A DNA stretch of 62,525 nucleotides from positions 1-62,525 of the forward strand of contig JACPGJ010000005.1 in assembly GCA_016182555.1 (NCBI GenBank), written 5' to 3'. Positions 1 to 8,536 of the stretch are shown here, piece by piece. A program made the translations under genes and the position numbers. Below the pieces are notes generated by a model. It had not been told where the DNA came from and did not search any database. It was given only the letters and a program-made list of their open reading frames with translations. The DNA comes from Candidatus Kerfeldbacteria bacterium. Lineage in GTDB: Bacteria; Patescibacteriota; Patescibacteriia; UBA9570; XYC2-FULL-38-9. Each line of letters starts with the position of its first letter. The stretch's first letter is position 1.

Positions 1-1759
1 AATTTCCGCCATCGAAAAATCCGAAAGCGAAGCCCGCGCGGATTCCTCCCCAGACCCAGTATGAGAGAATAGACATGCTAGAGTGTAGAGATGGGATGCA
101 GTATGACACACCCTGACCCTGTCGCTTCGAGCAGCTGTTCGAAGAACGACTCATGAGGGATTGTCCTGCATTCTGTCCGTGCACCGGCAATGAGCAGATA
201 GCGGATGGTCGGCCAACAAGTGACGTTTAGGTTTGTTGGTAATGACTCACGTATACTGGGAATTCAGCTGATGCACAAGAGCTAATAACATAATGTTTGT
301 GCCTATGCAAACGTCATCTGTTTTTGTGCGTGAGCGAACACTCTTTGTGGGTATTGATGTTCACAAAGATACCCATACCGCCGTTGGAATAAATCCATTT
401 GGCGAAAAGGTGTTCGAACTCACGATTGGAAATCAACAGGAGGATTTTCAATCATTGTCAGATCGTGTGAAAGCGAGTGAACAAGAAACAACACTTTCAC
501 CACACTTTGGTTTGGAAGATTGTCATGGATATGGAGAGCGGCTCGCCGATTTTCTGGTTGGTGTGGGATATCCGGTAGTGCATGTTCCACCAATATTGGT
601 AGATCATGCTCGTAAACGCAATACGCACCCAGAAAAAAATGATGCTCTGGATGCGTACGGGGTTGCTGAAGTCATGATCCATAAGATTGACACGCTTCCC
701 ATATATACGGTAACTGAGGATTCAAAAAAAGCCAAGGATATCAAAGGAATATCACTGGATAGAGAATATTTAGTGCAAGAACGCACCAGAATCAAGAATC
801 ATTTGCACACCATTCTGCATCGTATTCACAACACAGAGTATCGCACGCAATTCAAAGACCCCTTTTCAAAAAAAGCACTCACGTATTGGATGCGTTCCTG
901 TCCAAAAAACACTCCACCATTTTTGAAACGGATGATGCAACGCAAGGTCAAACGACTCATGAGTATTCGTGAAGAAATTAAAGAATTGGAAACAGAATTG
1001 GATCAACTCATCACTGATTCCGGTCATACGCTTACTACGGCCAGCGGTTGTGGTACGGTCATCGCCGCAGAACTCATTGGAGAAATCGGTGACATCAACC
1101 GATTCCATTCACCGGCATCTCTCGCCAAATATGCCGGCTGTGCTCCACGTGAACACTCCTCCGGCAAAACATTTCGACATCGTAAAACCAAAGCGGGAAA
1201 CCGACGACTCAATCGTGCATTCCACAGAATGGCTCTTTCACAAATATCTCGCTCGGGAAATGAAAAAGCACAAGCATACTTCAAAAGAAAAATTACTGAA
1301 GGAAAATCTAAATCTCAAGCACTCGTCTGTCTCCGACGTCAACTCATAAATATTGTTTGGATGATGATGAAACACAAAACGGAGTATCGCCGCACTGAAA
1401 ATTAAATCCACTTATCCACATGAAATTTTGACATAGCGGATCTCTCCTCCGCGCGGGAAATCAGCCGAGGTTTTGCCAAATCCTTTTCCCCAGAAAATAG
1501 TTTTGGCAAAACCGAGTCCGCATTGAAGCCCCGCCACACTGCCCGAATACTTGGAGGGCAGAACACCAAAGAAAAATGTCCTTTCCTTTTTTAAGAAAAA
1601 ATTGGTCGCGCGCAAATCCGAAAAGCAAGGAACATTTTTCTTTGGGGTTGCCGAGCGGAGCGAGGCAGTGGCGGGGCTTTCATCATTCACGAATTTTTGA
1701 TAAAGTAAGTTCGAGCGAAGTCGTAAAGACACTCCACTAATTCCAACTATTCATGTCCA
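1..1759 (+). mobile_element. IS110-family insertion sequence region (transposase plus structured non-coding flanks); true ends not determinable, left end may lie outside the window
   Basis: One DEDD/IS110-type transposase ORF flanked by 292 and 354 bp of non-coding, locally GC-richer DNA with nested inverted repeats (1469-1480/1502-1513; 1526-1543/1664-1679; 1539-1544/1556-1561). No terminal IRs seen, as is usual for IS110. Confidence 0.45.
293..1405 (+). CDS. IS110 family transposase (DEDD recombinase)
   Basis: 370-aa ORF. N-terminal LFVGIDVHKDTHTAVG motif of the DEDD_Tnp_IS110 domain. C-terminal Transposase_20-like region (TASGCGTVIAAELIGEIGDINRF, AKYAGCAPREHSSG). Confidence 0.9.
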   Translation: MFVPMQTSSVFVRERTLFVGIDVHKDTHTAVGINPFGEKVFELTIGNQQEDFQSLSDRVKASEQETTLSPHFGLEDCHGYGERLADFLVGVGYPVVHVPPILVDHARKRNTHPEKNDALDAYGVAEVMIHKIDTLPIYTVTEDSKKAKDIKGISLDREYLVQERTRIKNHLHTILHRIHNTEYRTQFKDPFSKKALTYWMRSCPKNTPPFLKRMMQRKVKRLMSIREEIKELETELDQLITDSGHTLTTASGCGTVIAAELIGEIGDINRFHSPASLAKYAGCAPREHSSGKTFRHRKTKAGNRRLNRAFHRMALSQISRSGNEKAQAYFKRKITEGKSKSQALVCLRRQLINIVWMMMKHKTEYRRTEN

Positions 1760-1765
1760 TTGACT

Positions 1766-2653
1766 ATGCAGAATCTGAAACCAGAAATTTCTATAGTCAT
1801 TCCGGCACATAACGAAGAAAAATATATTACCCGCACCATTCGTTCACTCCAAGAACAAGATTTTTCTGGAGCCTACGAAATTATTGTGGTTGATAATGCA
1901 AGCAGCGATGCAACAGCGAGCGTGGCCATAGCAGCAGGTGCTCGGGTAGTTCATGCAGCACAAAAAGGGGTGTGCTATGCGCGGCAAGCCGGCACAGAAG
2001 CGGCTCAGAGTCGCATTATTGTTTCGACCGATGCCGACACGACATTCCCTACACATTGGCTATCAAATATTGCTGCGGCATTCGCTCAAAATGAACATGT
2101 GGTTGCCGCCAGTGGTAGTTTTTCGTTTACGCCACCGCCTCGATGGAGCGTGTGGTTTAGTAAAACCATCTTTCGCGTTGTGGCGTTGCTTTTTCAGTTA
2201 CGCGAAACAGTTGCCTATGCACCCGCGTGTAACTTCGCATTTACCGCTGCTGCCTGGCGCGCGGTTGGTGGCTACAATACCAAACTTACGCAAGGTGGAG
2301 ATGAATATGACCTGTTGCGAAAATTGAAAAAAGAAGGGCGCGTTATTTTTCTTCCAAATCATGTAGTGACCACATCAAGCCGCCGCTTACAATATGGCTT
2401 ATTATATAATATGATTGTCACATTGGGGTTGTATTATATTGTAGAATACTTGCTCTCACGCTTGCTGGGGAAATCGTTTTTGGGTGGCTACCCAGCATAC
2501 CGAGAAGAAGAAATATCACGCCGAACGGCATTCGTTCGTTCCGCCATGGTGGTCGTTGGCTTATTCGTATTTTGGCGAGTCTGTTCTTCTTCACTGGAAT
2601 TTGCTCATGCGCACCAATTGGGTTTACGGGCACTACGAATACACCGCGGATGA
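1766..2653 (+). CDS. family 2 glycosyltransferase (GT-A fold) with C-terminal membrane segments
   Basis: ATG at 1766 (track ORF starts at TTG 1760). ISIVIPAHNEEKYI, VVDNASSD and STDADT motifs typical of GT2. Hydrophobic C-terminus. Confidence 0.85.
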   Translation: MQNLKPEISIVIPAHNEEKYITRTIRSLQEQDFSGAYEIIVVDNASSDATASVAIAAGARVVHAAQKGVCYARQAGTEAAQSRIIVSTDADTTFPTHWLSNIAAAFAQNEHVVAASGSFSFTPPPRWSVWFSKTIFRVVALLFQLRETVAYAPACNFAFTAAAWRAVGGYNTKLTQGGDEYDLLRKLKKEGRVIFLPNHVVTTSSRRLQYGLLYNMIVTLGLYYIVEYLLSRLLGKSFLGGYPAYREEEISRRTAFVRSAMVVVGLFVFWRVCSSSLEFAHAHQLGLRALRIHRG

Positions 2654-3255
2654 AGAGACGATTACAAACAACAGAAAAAATAGTTGCTCTCACATTTGAT
2701 GATGGGCCCAATGAACCATATACATCTGAGCTGCTTGATTTGTTGAAAGCGGAAGGCATACATGCGACATTTTTTGTGGTTGGTGCAAACGCTAAAAAAT
2801 ATCCTGGCGTGGTGCAGCGTATCGTGGCGGAAGGACACACGCTGGGAAACCACTCAACAAATCATCTCTTCCGCAATTATTTTTTGCAACCCAGCTTTCG
2901 CCGCGAAATTGAAGAGACACAAAAAATTCTTGAAGAGATCGCTGGCCTTCGACCGCGATTTTTTCGTTCCCCGTGGTTATTTCGACATCCATTGTTATTG
3001 CGTTCGGTGAAGCGTGCTAGGTTAACAGCGGTATTTGGTGTGTTTGGGAGTGAATGGGAAGTATTTCAACGAAACCCACAGGCGATGATGCAACGTGCAC
3101 TGCACAAACTCCAGCCAGGCACGATCTATATTTTTCATGATGGGTATAACAACAAAGGCGCATATCGTGGTGCAACCGTAGAAGCGCTGCGCCAACTCAT
3201 TCCGCTTCTGCGTGCTCAAGGGTATCGTTTTGTAACTATTGAAGATGCTTTATAG
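2650..3255 (+). CDS. polysaccharide deacetylase (NodB homology domain)
   Basis: ATG 2650 overlaps the GT2 stop (ATGA). Motifs TFDDGP, HTLGNHSTNH, RPRFFRSPW. Confidence 0.85.
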   Translation: MKRRLQTTEKIVALTFDDGPNEPYTSELLDLLKAEGIHATFFVVGANAKKYPGVVQRIVAEGHTLGNHSTNHLFRNYFLQPSFRREIEETQKILEEIAGLRPRFFRSPWLFRHPLLLRSVKRARLTAVFGVFGSEWEVFQRNPQAMMQRALHKLQPGTIYIFHDGYNNKGAYRGATVEALRQLIPLLRAQGYRFVTIEDAL

Positions 3256-3276
3256 AAAATATCCACAGGGTGGCTA

Positions 3277-3330
3277 TTGACCAAATGTAAAAAGTATTTT
3301 ACAATCTAAAATGTAAAGTATATTTTACAT
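3277..3330 (+). promoter_or_regulatory. sigma70-like promoter with two palindromic operators upstream of the XRE gene
   Basis: TTGACC (3277-3282), 17 nt, TACAAT (3300-3305). Two TGTAAA-N6-TTTACA palindromes at 3286-3303 and 3312-3329, one over the spacer/-10 and one just downstream. Confidence 0.6.
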
Positions 3331-3347
3331 TTCAACGCATCTTACGC

Positions 3348-3551
3348 ATGCCGAAAATTCAAACAAAACTAAAACTCTATCGCACGCAACGCGGTATGAC
3401 GCAAGAAGAATTGGCCCAGCAACTGAACGTGACCCGGCAAACAATCAATGCTATTGAGCAGGGAAAGTATCAACCAACCCTACACCTCGCCTATAACTGC
3501 GCCAAACTTTTTGATGTCCGCATTGAAGATATATTTACTTTTATCGATTAA
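3348..3551 (+). CDS. XRE-family (Cro/C1-type) helix-turn-helix transcriptional regulator, 67 aa
   Basis: [28 protein letters not shown] is a canonical HTH_3 signature. Short single-domain protein. Confidence 0.85.
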   Translation: MPKIQTKLKLYRTQRGMTQEELAQQLNVTRQTINAIEQGKYQPTLHLAYNCAKLFDVRIEDIFTFID

Positions 3552-3561
3552 CGCAGAACGT

Positions 3562-4059
3562 ATGTTGAATCCAAAAAAATTTCTCTGGTGGGCATTTGAA
3601 CCATCCGATGAACGCGAAGAAGCCATTCTTCGTCGTGCCTATAAATTCAGTTTCTTTTTTTTACTGTTTTTTTGGTTGAGCCTTGGCAATATTTTTCTGG
3701 AACTCACGGAAGCAAAAAAAGAAATAACCGGTATGCAACTCGATACGTTAATTATTGTGAGTTTTACTATTGCGACCATCGTGGGGTATTTCACCCTACG
3801 AAAAGAAGAACTGCCATACACATTTCAATATATGCCAAAATGGGGTCGTGGAAATTTTCTTTTACTGGTTTGCGGTGGACTGATCATTGATTTCATGCCC
3901 GATATTATTCGTGGGCTACGAATAGCATTTCCCATATTGCAATCTTTTTCACTGCTATCAATGAGTACTACGGTTGCGATCGTCGCTTCACTTTCTTACA
4001 TTGGTTGGTATATCCGTTGGCAGAAACAACAACGAAAAAATAACGCATTTACTTTATGA
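3562..4059 (+). CDS. membrane protein of unknown function (paralogous N-terminus with next ORF)
   Basis: ATG 3562 (in frame within track ORF 3448-4059). Several hydrophobic helices. N-terminal FLWWAFEPSDEREEAILRRAY resembles VLWFLHKPQDEREIAMYQRAY of the next gene. Confidence 0.6.
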   Translation: MLNPKKFLWWAFEPSDEREEAILRRAYKFSFFFLLFFWLSLGNIFLELTEAKKEITGMQLDTLIIVSFTIATIVGYFTLRKEELPYTFQYMPKWGRGNFLLLVCGGLIIDFMPDIIRGLRIAFPILQSFSLLSMSTTVAIVASLSYIGWYIRWQKQQRKNNAFTL

Positions 4060-4970
4060 AACACCCAAAAAATGTTCTCTGGTTTTTGCACAAGCCACAA
4101 GATGAGAGAGAAATCGCTATGTATCAACGCGCGTATCACCGTGCATTCCTGGCACTTGCTTTAACACTTTCAGTCGCATTGCTCATCAGCATTGTCACTG
4201 CACCATTTATTTCTGATGTCTCACTCTCTTTTGTGTTGGTGGGTATTCTGTTTGCGCTGTTCATTGCACACAGTGTGGGTTGGTTGCAGATATATACTGA
4301 AGATGTATCAACAGGAGATGATGCAACACAAACCCGTCTGACGGTGGTCCATTTTCTTGGTATTGTCCTCACGAGCATGGTCTTAGTTACTCTGCTCATG
4401 CTCTGGAAACCCGCATTTTACTTTTTATGGTTCATGGTGACGTATGGCAGCATTCACCTCTATATTATTTTTTGGGCGTTTGCGGTGACGCGGCATCTTC
4501 CATTGTACCTTCGCTTGTTATTGTGTTTATTGGTGCCGGAAATAACGGTGGCAATCTATCATCCAGCAGCGAAAAACTCTGGTAAAAAAATAAGTTTATT
4601 TTTTGGATTAGTATGTATCTATTTTGCTACCCAATTATTTGGCGCGCTGGTTGTGCGTGGAACCATTGCCGATTTATTTTATGTGAATACTCCGGCGTTT
4701 GAACCAACCTATATGCAAGGAGAATTTGTGATTGTTGACCGCCGAGAAAAAAATATTGAACCTGGTATGTATGTGGTGTTCCGCCCCACAGAAAAGCCGG
4801 GATTTACTTTTGCAGAAGTGCTTGCCGTGAATGGTGACATGTTAAACGTGAAGACGAGCAGCACGCAAGTCGATATTCCTCGGTCAACTGTAGTGGGCAA
4901 AGTGTTGAAAGATGGCACTCGCTCACTGAATTTTGTCATACAATGGAGCGAGGAACATGTGAAAGAATAG
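4056..4970 (+). CDS. polytopic membrane protein with C-terminal signal-peptidase-I/S26-like domain lacking the catalytic Ser/Lys
   Basis: ATGA overlap with the upstream gene. About 6 TM helices. C-terminal NTPAFEPTYMQGEFVIVDR...PGMYVVFRP...FAEVLAVNGDML...VVGKVL follows the SPase I pattern (SMxPT..GD..vv / KRV..GD), but Ser is Ala and Lys is Ala. Confidence 0.55.
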   Translation: MKHPKNVLWFLHKPQDEREIAMYQRAYHRAFLALALTLSVALLISIVTAPFISDVSLSFVLVGILFALFIAHSVGWLQIYTEDVSTGDDATQTRLTVVHFLGIVLTSMVLVTLLMLWKPAFYFLWFMVTYGSIHLYIIFWAFAVTRHLPLYLRLLLCLLVPEITVAIYHPAAKNSGKKISLFFGLVCIYFATQLFGALVVRGTIADLFYVNTPAFEPTYMQGEFVIVDRREKNIEPGMYVVFRPTEKPGFTFAEVLAVNGDMLNVKTSSTQVDIPRSTVVGKVLKDGTRSLNFVIQWSEEHVKE

Positions 4971-5012
4971 TGGTGCATATTAGCTGCAATCAAGGGTCAA
5001 TTTTAGGTCTAT

Positions 5013-5666
5013 ATGAATACTCAACGCGTTCAAGAGAACTATATTATGTCTCGAGACGAAAAAGAGGCTTTTGTTGACGTTATTCGAAGATTTCCTTGGT
5101 TATATACTCCAATACTGCAACAATTAGAAGCATATATACAGAATGGGAATACGCTTGTTGATATCGGCTGTGGTGATGGTTACTTACTTCAACTTATTCA
5201 CGAAAAATTTCCTGCTTTGAAATTGACTGGAGTAGATGTAGATTCGTTTATGATAGATAGAGCCAGAAGATTACCGTTTACATTTATAAATACAGGTGTA
5301 GAAGATTTTTCCAGCACAGCGGACATTATTATTTCTAATTTAGCTTTACATCATTTTCAACAGCCTCAAACTATTCTGACCAAACTATATAGTCTTGCAA
5401 AGAACGTGTTGATTATCTCCGATCAAATACGGCCGCAAACTGTATCTGAATTACAAACACGATTAACAAAAAGAAAAGAGATGGTTGGTGAGAATGATGT
5501 TCTCTATTATAGAGAATCTGAAGAACAATCAATATTAGAAGCCTATAATAAAAACGAAATTATAGACTTGTTTACTACTCTTGCTCTACAATATAAAATA
5601 TATTTCTATGACACAGATTATTATGAACGATTTGTGGCCGTATTTGAAAAAGATAACCGTATGTGA
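5013..5666 (+). CDS. class I SAM-dependent methyltransferase
   Basis: Motif I LVDIGCGDGYLL, post-I GVDVDSFMIDRA, DIIISNLALHHF. Confidence 0.8.
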   Translation: MNTQRVQENYIMSRDEKEAFVDVIRRFPWLYTPILQQLEAYIQNGNTLVDIGCGDGYLLQLIHEKFPALKLTGVDVDSFMIDRARRLPFTFINTGVEDFSSTADIIISNLALHHFQQPQTILTKLYSLAKNVLIISDQIRPQTVSELQTRLTKRKEMVGENDVLYYRESEEQSILEAYNKNEIIDLFTTLALQYKIYFYDTDYYERFVAVFEKDNRM

Positions 5667-5813
5667 CTTTTGATAGCGGCGAACAGCGCATTAACGCCTT
5701 CGCTTCGCCCAGAAGCAAACCTCGTTTGGTGGGCATTGGCGTACCATTATACCAACGCAAACATCAGTTGACATTAAAATATACTAATTGATATACTTTG
5801 TATACATTCATAA

Positions 5814-6017
5814 AAAGATGTAAGCAAACTATGCAGCATACTGAAATCGGTCAATATAAAACACAACCAAGGAAGAACTAAGGACAAAAATTTTTCTACT
5901 GTTGATGAATGTCATAAGGAAGTTGAAAAATTAATAAAAGAAAAAATCAACAAGGGTTATCAAGAAATTTCAGATATTGCAAATATTTCAGAAAAACCAA
6001 CTCAAACTTATACACCA
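5814..6017 (+). pseudogene. 5'-truncated WGR-domain remnant, in frame with the DUF4240 ORF but without a start codon
   Basis: The open frame upstream of ATG 6018 reads ...NQGRTKDKNFSTVDECHKEVEKLIKEKINKGYQEI, which matches the C-terminal half of WGR domains (wGRiG...k.F.s.eeA...f.kli.eK..KGY). No ATG/GTG/TTG lies in this stretch. Confidence 0.45.
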
Positions 6018-6488
6018 ATGAACGAAGATGTTTTTTGGGAAATCATCGCATTATTCAATTGGGATAAAACTGGCGATGACGACGCCGTGTTAAGACCCGC
6101 AGTGAAAAAATTAGCTTCCATGGCAATTGAAGATATCTATCAGTTTGCCGATATTCTTTCAGAGAAATTGTACTTGCTGGATGGGATTGAATATGCTTCA
6201 AACATTGGAGAAGAATCTTATAAAGGAGAAGACAAATATTTCTCCGTTGACAATTTTTTATATGTTAGATGTTGCGTAGTTGCTAATGGCAAAGATTATT
6301 TTAATCGTATCATTGCCAATCCAGAACAAATGCCTAAAGAAATAGATTTTGAACCATTATTATATTTACCAAATGAAGCATACAATAAAAAAACCAAATC
6401 TGAGGATTATGATCATGAACCCAAATTTAATTTTGAAACGTTTAGTAATAGTGATGGTTGGAAGAAAAAGTTTGAACATTTTTTATGA
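6018..6488 (+). CDS. DUF4240 domain-containing protein
   Basis: N-terminal MNEDVFWEIIALFNW... resembles the DUF4240 start (M.e.eFW.lI). 156 aa. Confidence 0.6.
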   Translation: MNEDVFWEIIALFNWDKTGDDDAVLRPAVKKLASMAIEDIYQFADILSEKLYLLDGIEYASNIGEESYKGEDKYFSVDNFLYVRCCVVANGKDYFNRIIANPEQMPKEIDFEPLLYLPNEAYNKKTKSEDYDHEPKFNFETFSNSDGWKKKFEHFL

Positions 6489-7327
6489 ATCCTGAAATAA
6501 AACCACACAACCCTTCCAATAACCACCAAGGACTCGAAATGTATTTTTCGCCAAAAATCGTTGAAAAATTTGCTGAACTTGAGCAGAACGAAAAAAATCT
6601 CAAAGTTGCTCAAATTGTCGATACCATACTGCTTCAAGAATCCATCGGTTTAAAAACTCCAATATATTCTGCGGAGTTAGGCGGTGGCGCGCATCCAGAT
6701 AGATATGACGCATTTTTTAGCAAATTGATTAACGAGGGCGGACACATGGACTGGGTTGATGTTGCACCACTCATGCTTGAACTGGCTAAAAAATACATTT
6801 CGAACGAAAAATATCAAAACCGAAAACAGGTCCTCACCTTCGTCAAGAGTGAAATGTTGGAATATTTACGTGGAATTGAAAATGAAAAACTTGACCTTGC
6901 GATCATGAAATACACCATTGATCATGTTGATCATCTTGAAGTGTTGTTTGAACTGCTTTCTGTAAAATTGACGCGGGGCGGTAAACTTATCGCCACAATT
7001 GGAAGTACAAGCCCGGAATTAAAAAGCTACTCGACCAATGCGCGATTTCTATATAACGGCGAACAATTTCCAGACAATGAAACTCGTACATTAACAGATG
7101 GTGATAATTTTACGGTCAAGTTTTTCAAGGTATCCGGTGACCCAACGGCTGGTTATCTTGAAGGTGCTGAAACGTTAAAATATTATCATTCAGCCGAGAA
7201 GATAAAACGGTTCGCTGAATCTTTTGGTTTTGATATTTTTCTCGGCGATTGGAAAGATTTTGTTCCGCAAGAGAATCAAAAAGGTGAAACAATAAATCAA
7301 GATGTGTTAGTGTTAACAAAAAAATAA
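6485..7327 (+). CDS. probable class I SAM-dependent methyltransferase-fold protein
   Basis: ATGA overlap with the previous gene. AELGGGAHPD (motif I-like), WVDVAPLML, DLAIMKYTIDHV, LTRGGKLIAT. Confidence 0.5.
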   Translation: MNPEIKPHNPSNNHQGLEMYFSPKIVEKFAELEQNEKNLKVAQIVDTILLQESIGLKTPIYSAELGGGAHPDRYDAFFSKLINEGGHMDWVDVAPLMLELAKKYISNEKYQNRKQVLTFVKSEMLEYLRGIENEKLDLAIMKYTIDHVDHLEVLFELLSVKLTRGGKLIATIGSTSPELKSYSTNARFLYNGEQFPDNETRTLTDGDNFTVKFFKVSGDPTAGYLEGAETLKYYHSAEKIKRFAESFGFDIFLGDWKDFVPQENQKGETINQDVLVLTKK

Positions 7328-7386
7328 AATTGGACAAGTTAACTATTTTTTGATATACTTGTATAAACAAATACAAATTTAATATT

Positions 7387-7648
7387 ATGGAACCAAGAAG
7401 AATTGAAACAGGGCCAGGTGTTATTCATATCAACCCCCCTACGTCTTAGAACAAATACGCCTTATGTAATGGGTAGAGATATACAGGTGGTCACTGATAC
7501 TGGTCCGTTAGAAATAAAAGCCGGAACGGTATTTTCTGTATTTCATTTTGACCATTATGAATTAGAAATTCCACAGAAAGATGGCTCCAAAAAACAGTTT
7601 ACTATTTCTGCAAATTATCTTCCAAAAACCTTTCCAATTAGGGTGTAA
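7387..7648 (+). CDS. small hypothetical protein; apparent +1 frameshift at a C6 run (7434-7439), track ORF is 7403-7648
   Basis: ATG 7387 follows a TGaTATACT extended -10 (7350-7358) and reads MEPRRIETGPGVIHINPPTS*. One C fewer joins it to the 7403-7648 frame (..INPLRLRTNTPYVMGRD..). A terminator follows. Confidence 0.4.
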
Positions 7649-7676
7649 TCATTTTACAGCGGACAATGCGTATCCG

Positions 7677-7699
7677 ACCACCTGTTCAGAGGTGGTTTT
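7677..7699 (+). terminator. rho-independent terminator
   Basis: ACCACCT (7677-7683) / AGGTGGT (7690-7696) stem, 6-nt loop, T-run. Confidence 0.6.
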
Positions 7700-7738
7700 G
7701 CATTCTAGAATGAATTGACTTAGTATAACTTTGAGATA

Positions 7739-8473
7739 TTGATAACCAATTACCCACGGCAACTTCATCGACACGCAAACGCTAGTACCATTTTATTTTC
7801 TGTTATGAATGCCTATATTTTTTTAGGACCTACATTTGCACACTATAGAAAAGCATTGGAATGTGATATTTGGTTTAGAGGGAGTGTTACAGCAGAAGAT
7901 CAGAAGAGAATAGAATTATTGATACCATATCCACTCTCTTTGAATTTAAAATGGGGAGAATGTTTTTTACATTGTGCAACGGATGATATTTTTGAAATGC
8001 GCGTAAGAGAAAAGTATGGCAATTTTCTGAGAGCTATAAGTAGTGCCTTTTTTGGATTTACAGTCAGGGCAAACGAAAAAGAGCTGGAACGTTTTTCATT
8101 GGCTCTCAGTCATGCTTTGGATATAATTCATACGATCCATCCTATCTTGTTTTTTCTTCAACCAAAAGAAGATGGAGAATGTAAAGATAAACAAAAATTT
8201 TCAAATTGGCATGAGGAGAATGTTTCTAAAATAAGAACAGAAATCGTACCGGCGCTCATTCATTTTTTTGTTTCAAAAGAAACCAGCAATCAAGACAAGG
8301 CACAGGGAGCTTGGATTGTCAATAATCTTTTTTCTTACATTCCTCTAAACATAGAAAAAGAATATATAGATGAACTGATTAAATTAGTCAAATGCTCATT
8401 AGGGCATGATAAATATATAGATAGATATAATCATGACATTTTGGACAAACTAATAAAAAGGGTAAAGGAATAG
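7739..8473 (+). CDS. hypothetical protein
   Basis: 244-aa ORF (TTG start in track; an ATG giving MNAYIFLGP lies near 7805). No motif recognised. Confidence 0.5.
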   Translation: MITNYPRQLHRHANASTILFSVMNAYIFLGPTFAHYRKALECDIWFRGSVTAEDQKRIELLIPYPLSLNLKWGECFLHCATDDIFEMRVREKYGNFLRAISSAFFGFTVRANEKELERFSLALSHALDIIHTIHPILFFLQPKEDGECKDKQKFSNWHEENVSKIRTEIVPALIHFFVSKETSNQDKAQGAWIVNNLFSYIPLNIEKEYIDELIKLVKCSLGHDKYIDRYNHDILDKLIKRVKE

Positions 8474-8536
8474 CGCGCAAAATACAAAACGCAAAAATCT
8501 TGATTTTCTTATGGGAATTTGATATACTGTTAATAC

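Noticed and set aside
204-1442. 9-nt direct repeat ATAGCGGAT (204-212 and 1434-1442) as possible IS110 boundaries or target duplication
   Set aside because: A 9-mer match between two ~300-bp flanks has a chance expectation of about 0.4 by my rough estimate. The implied 1.23-kb element would also leave little room for a guide RNA. I keep it only as a weak possibility.
1412-1732. 106-aa minus-strand ORF downstream of the IS110 transposase
   Set aside because: It spans the nested inverted repeats of the non-coding flank and has odd composition with no RBS or start context. The region is better explained as structured non-coding DNA.
5667-5760. GC-rich intergenic patches containing GCTTCGC/GCGAAGC words (also at 20-50, 1700-1725 and 54680-54729) as a dispersed repeat family or IS110 target remnants
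   Set aside because: Only short words are shared. I could not build a convincing alignment by eye. It needs a computational repeat search before any claim.
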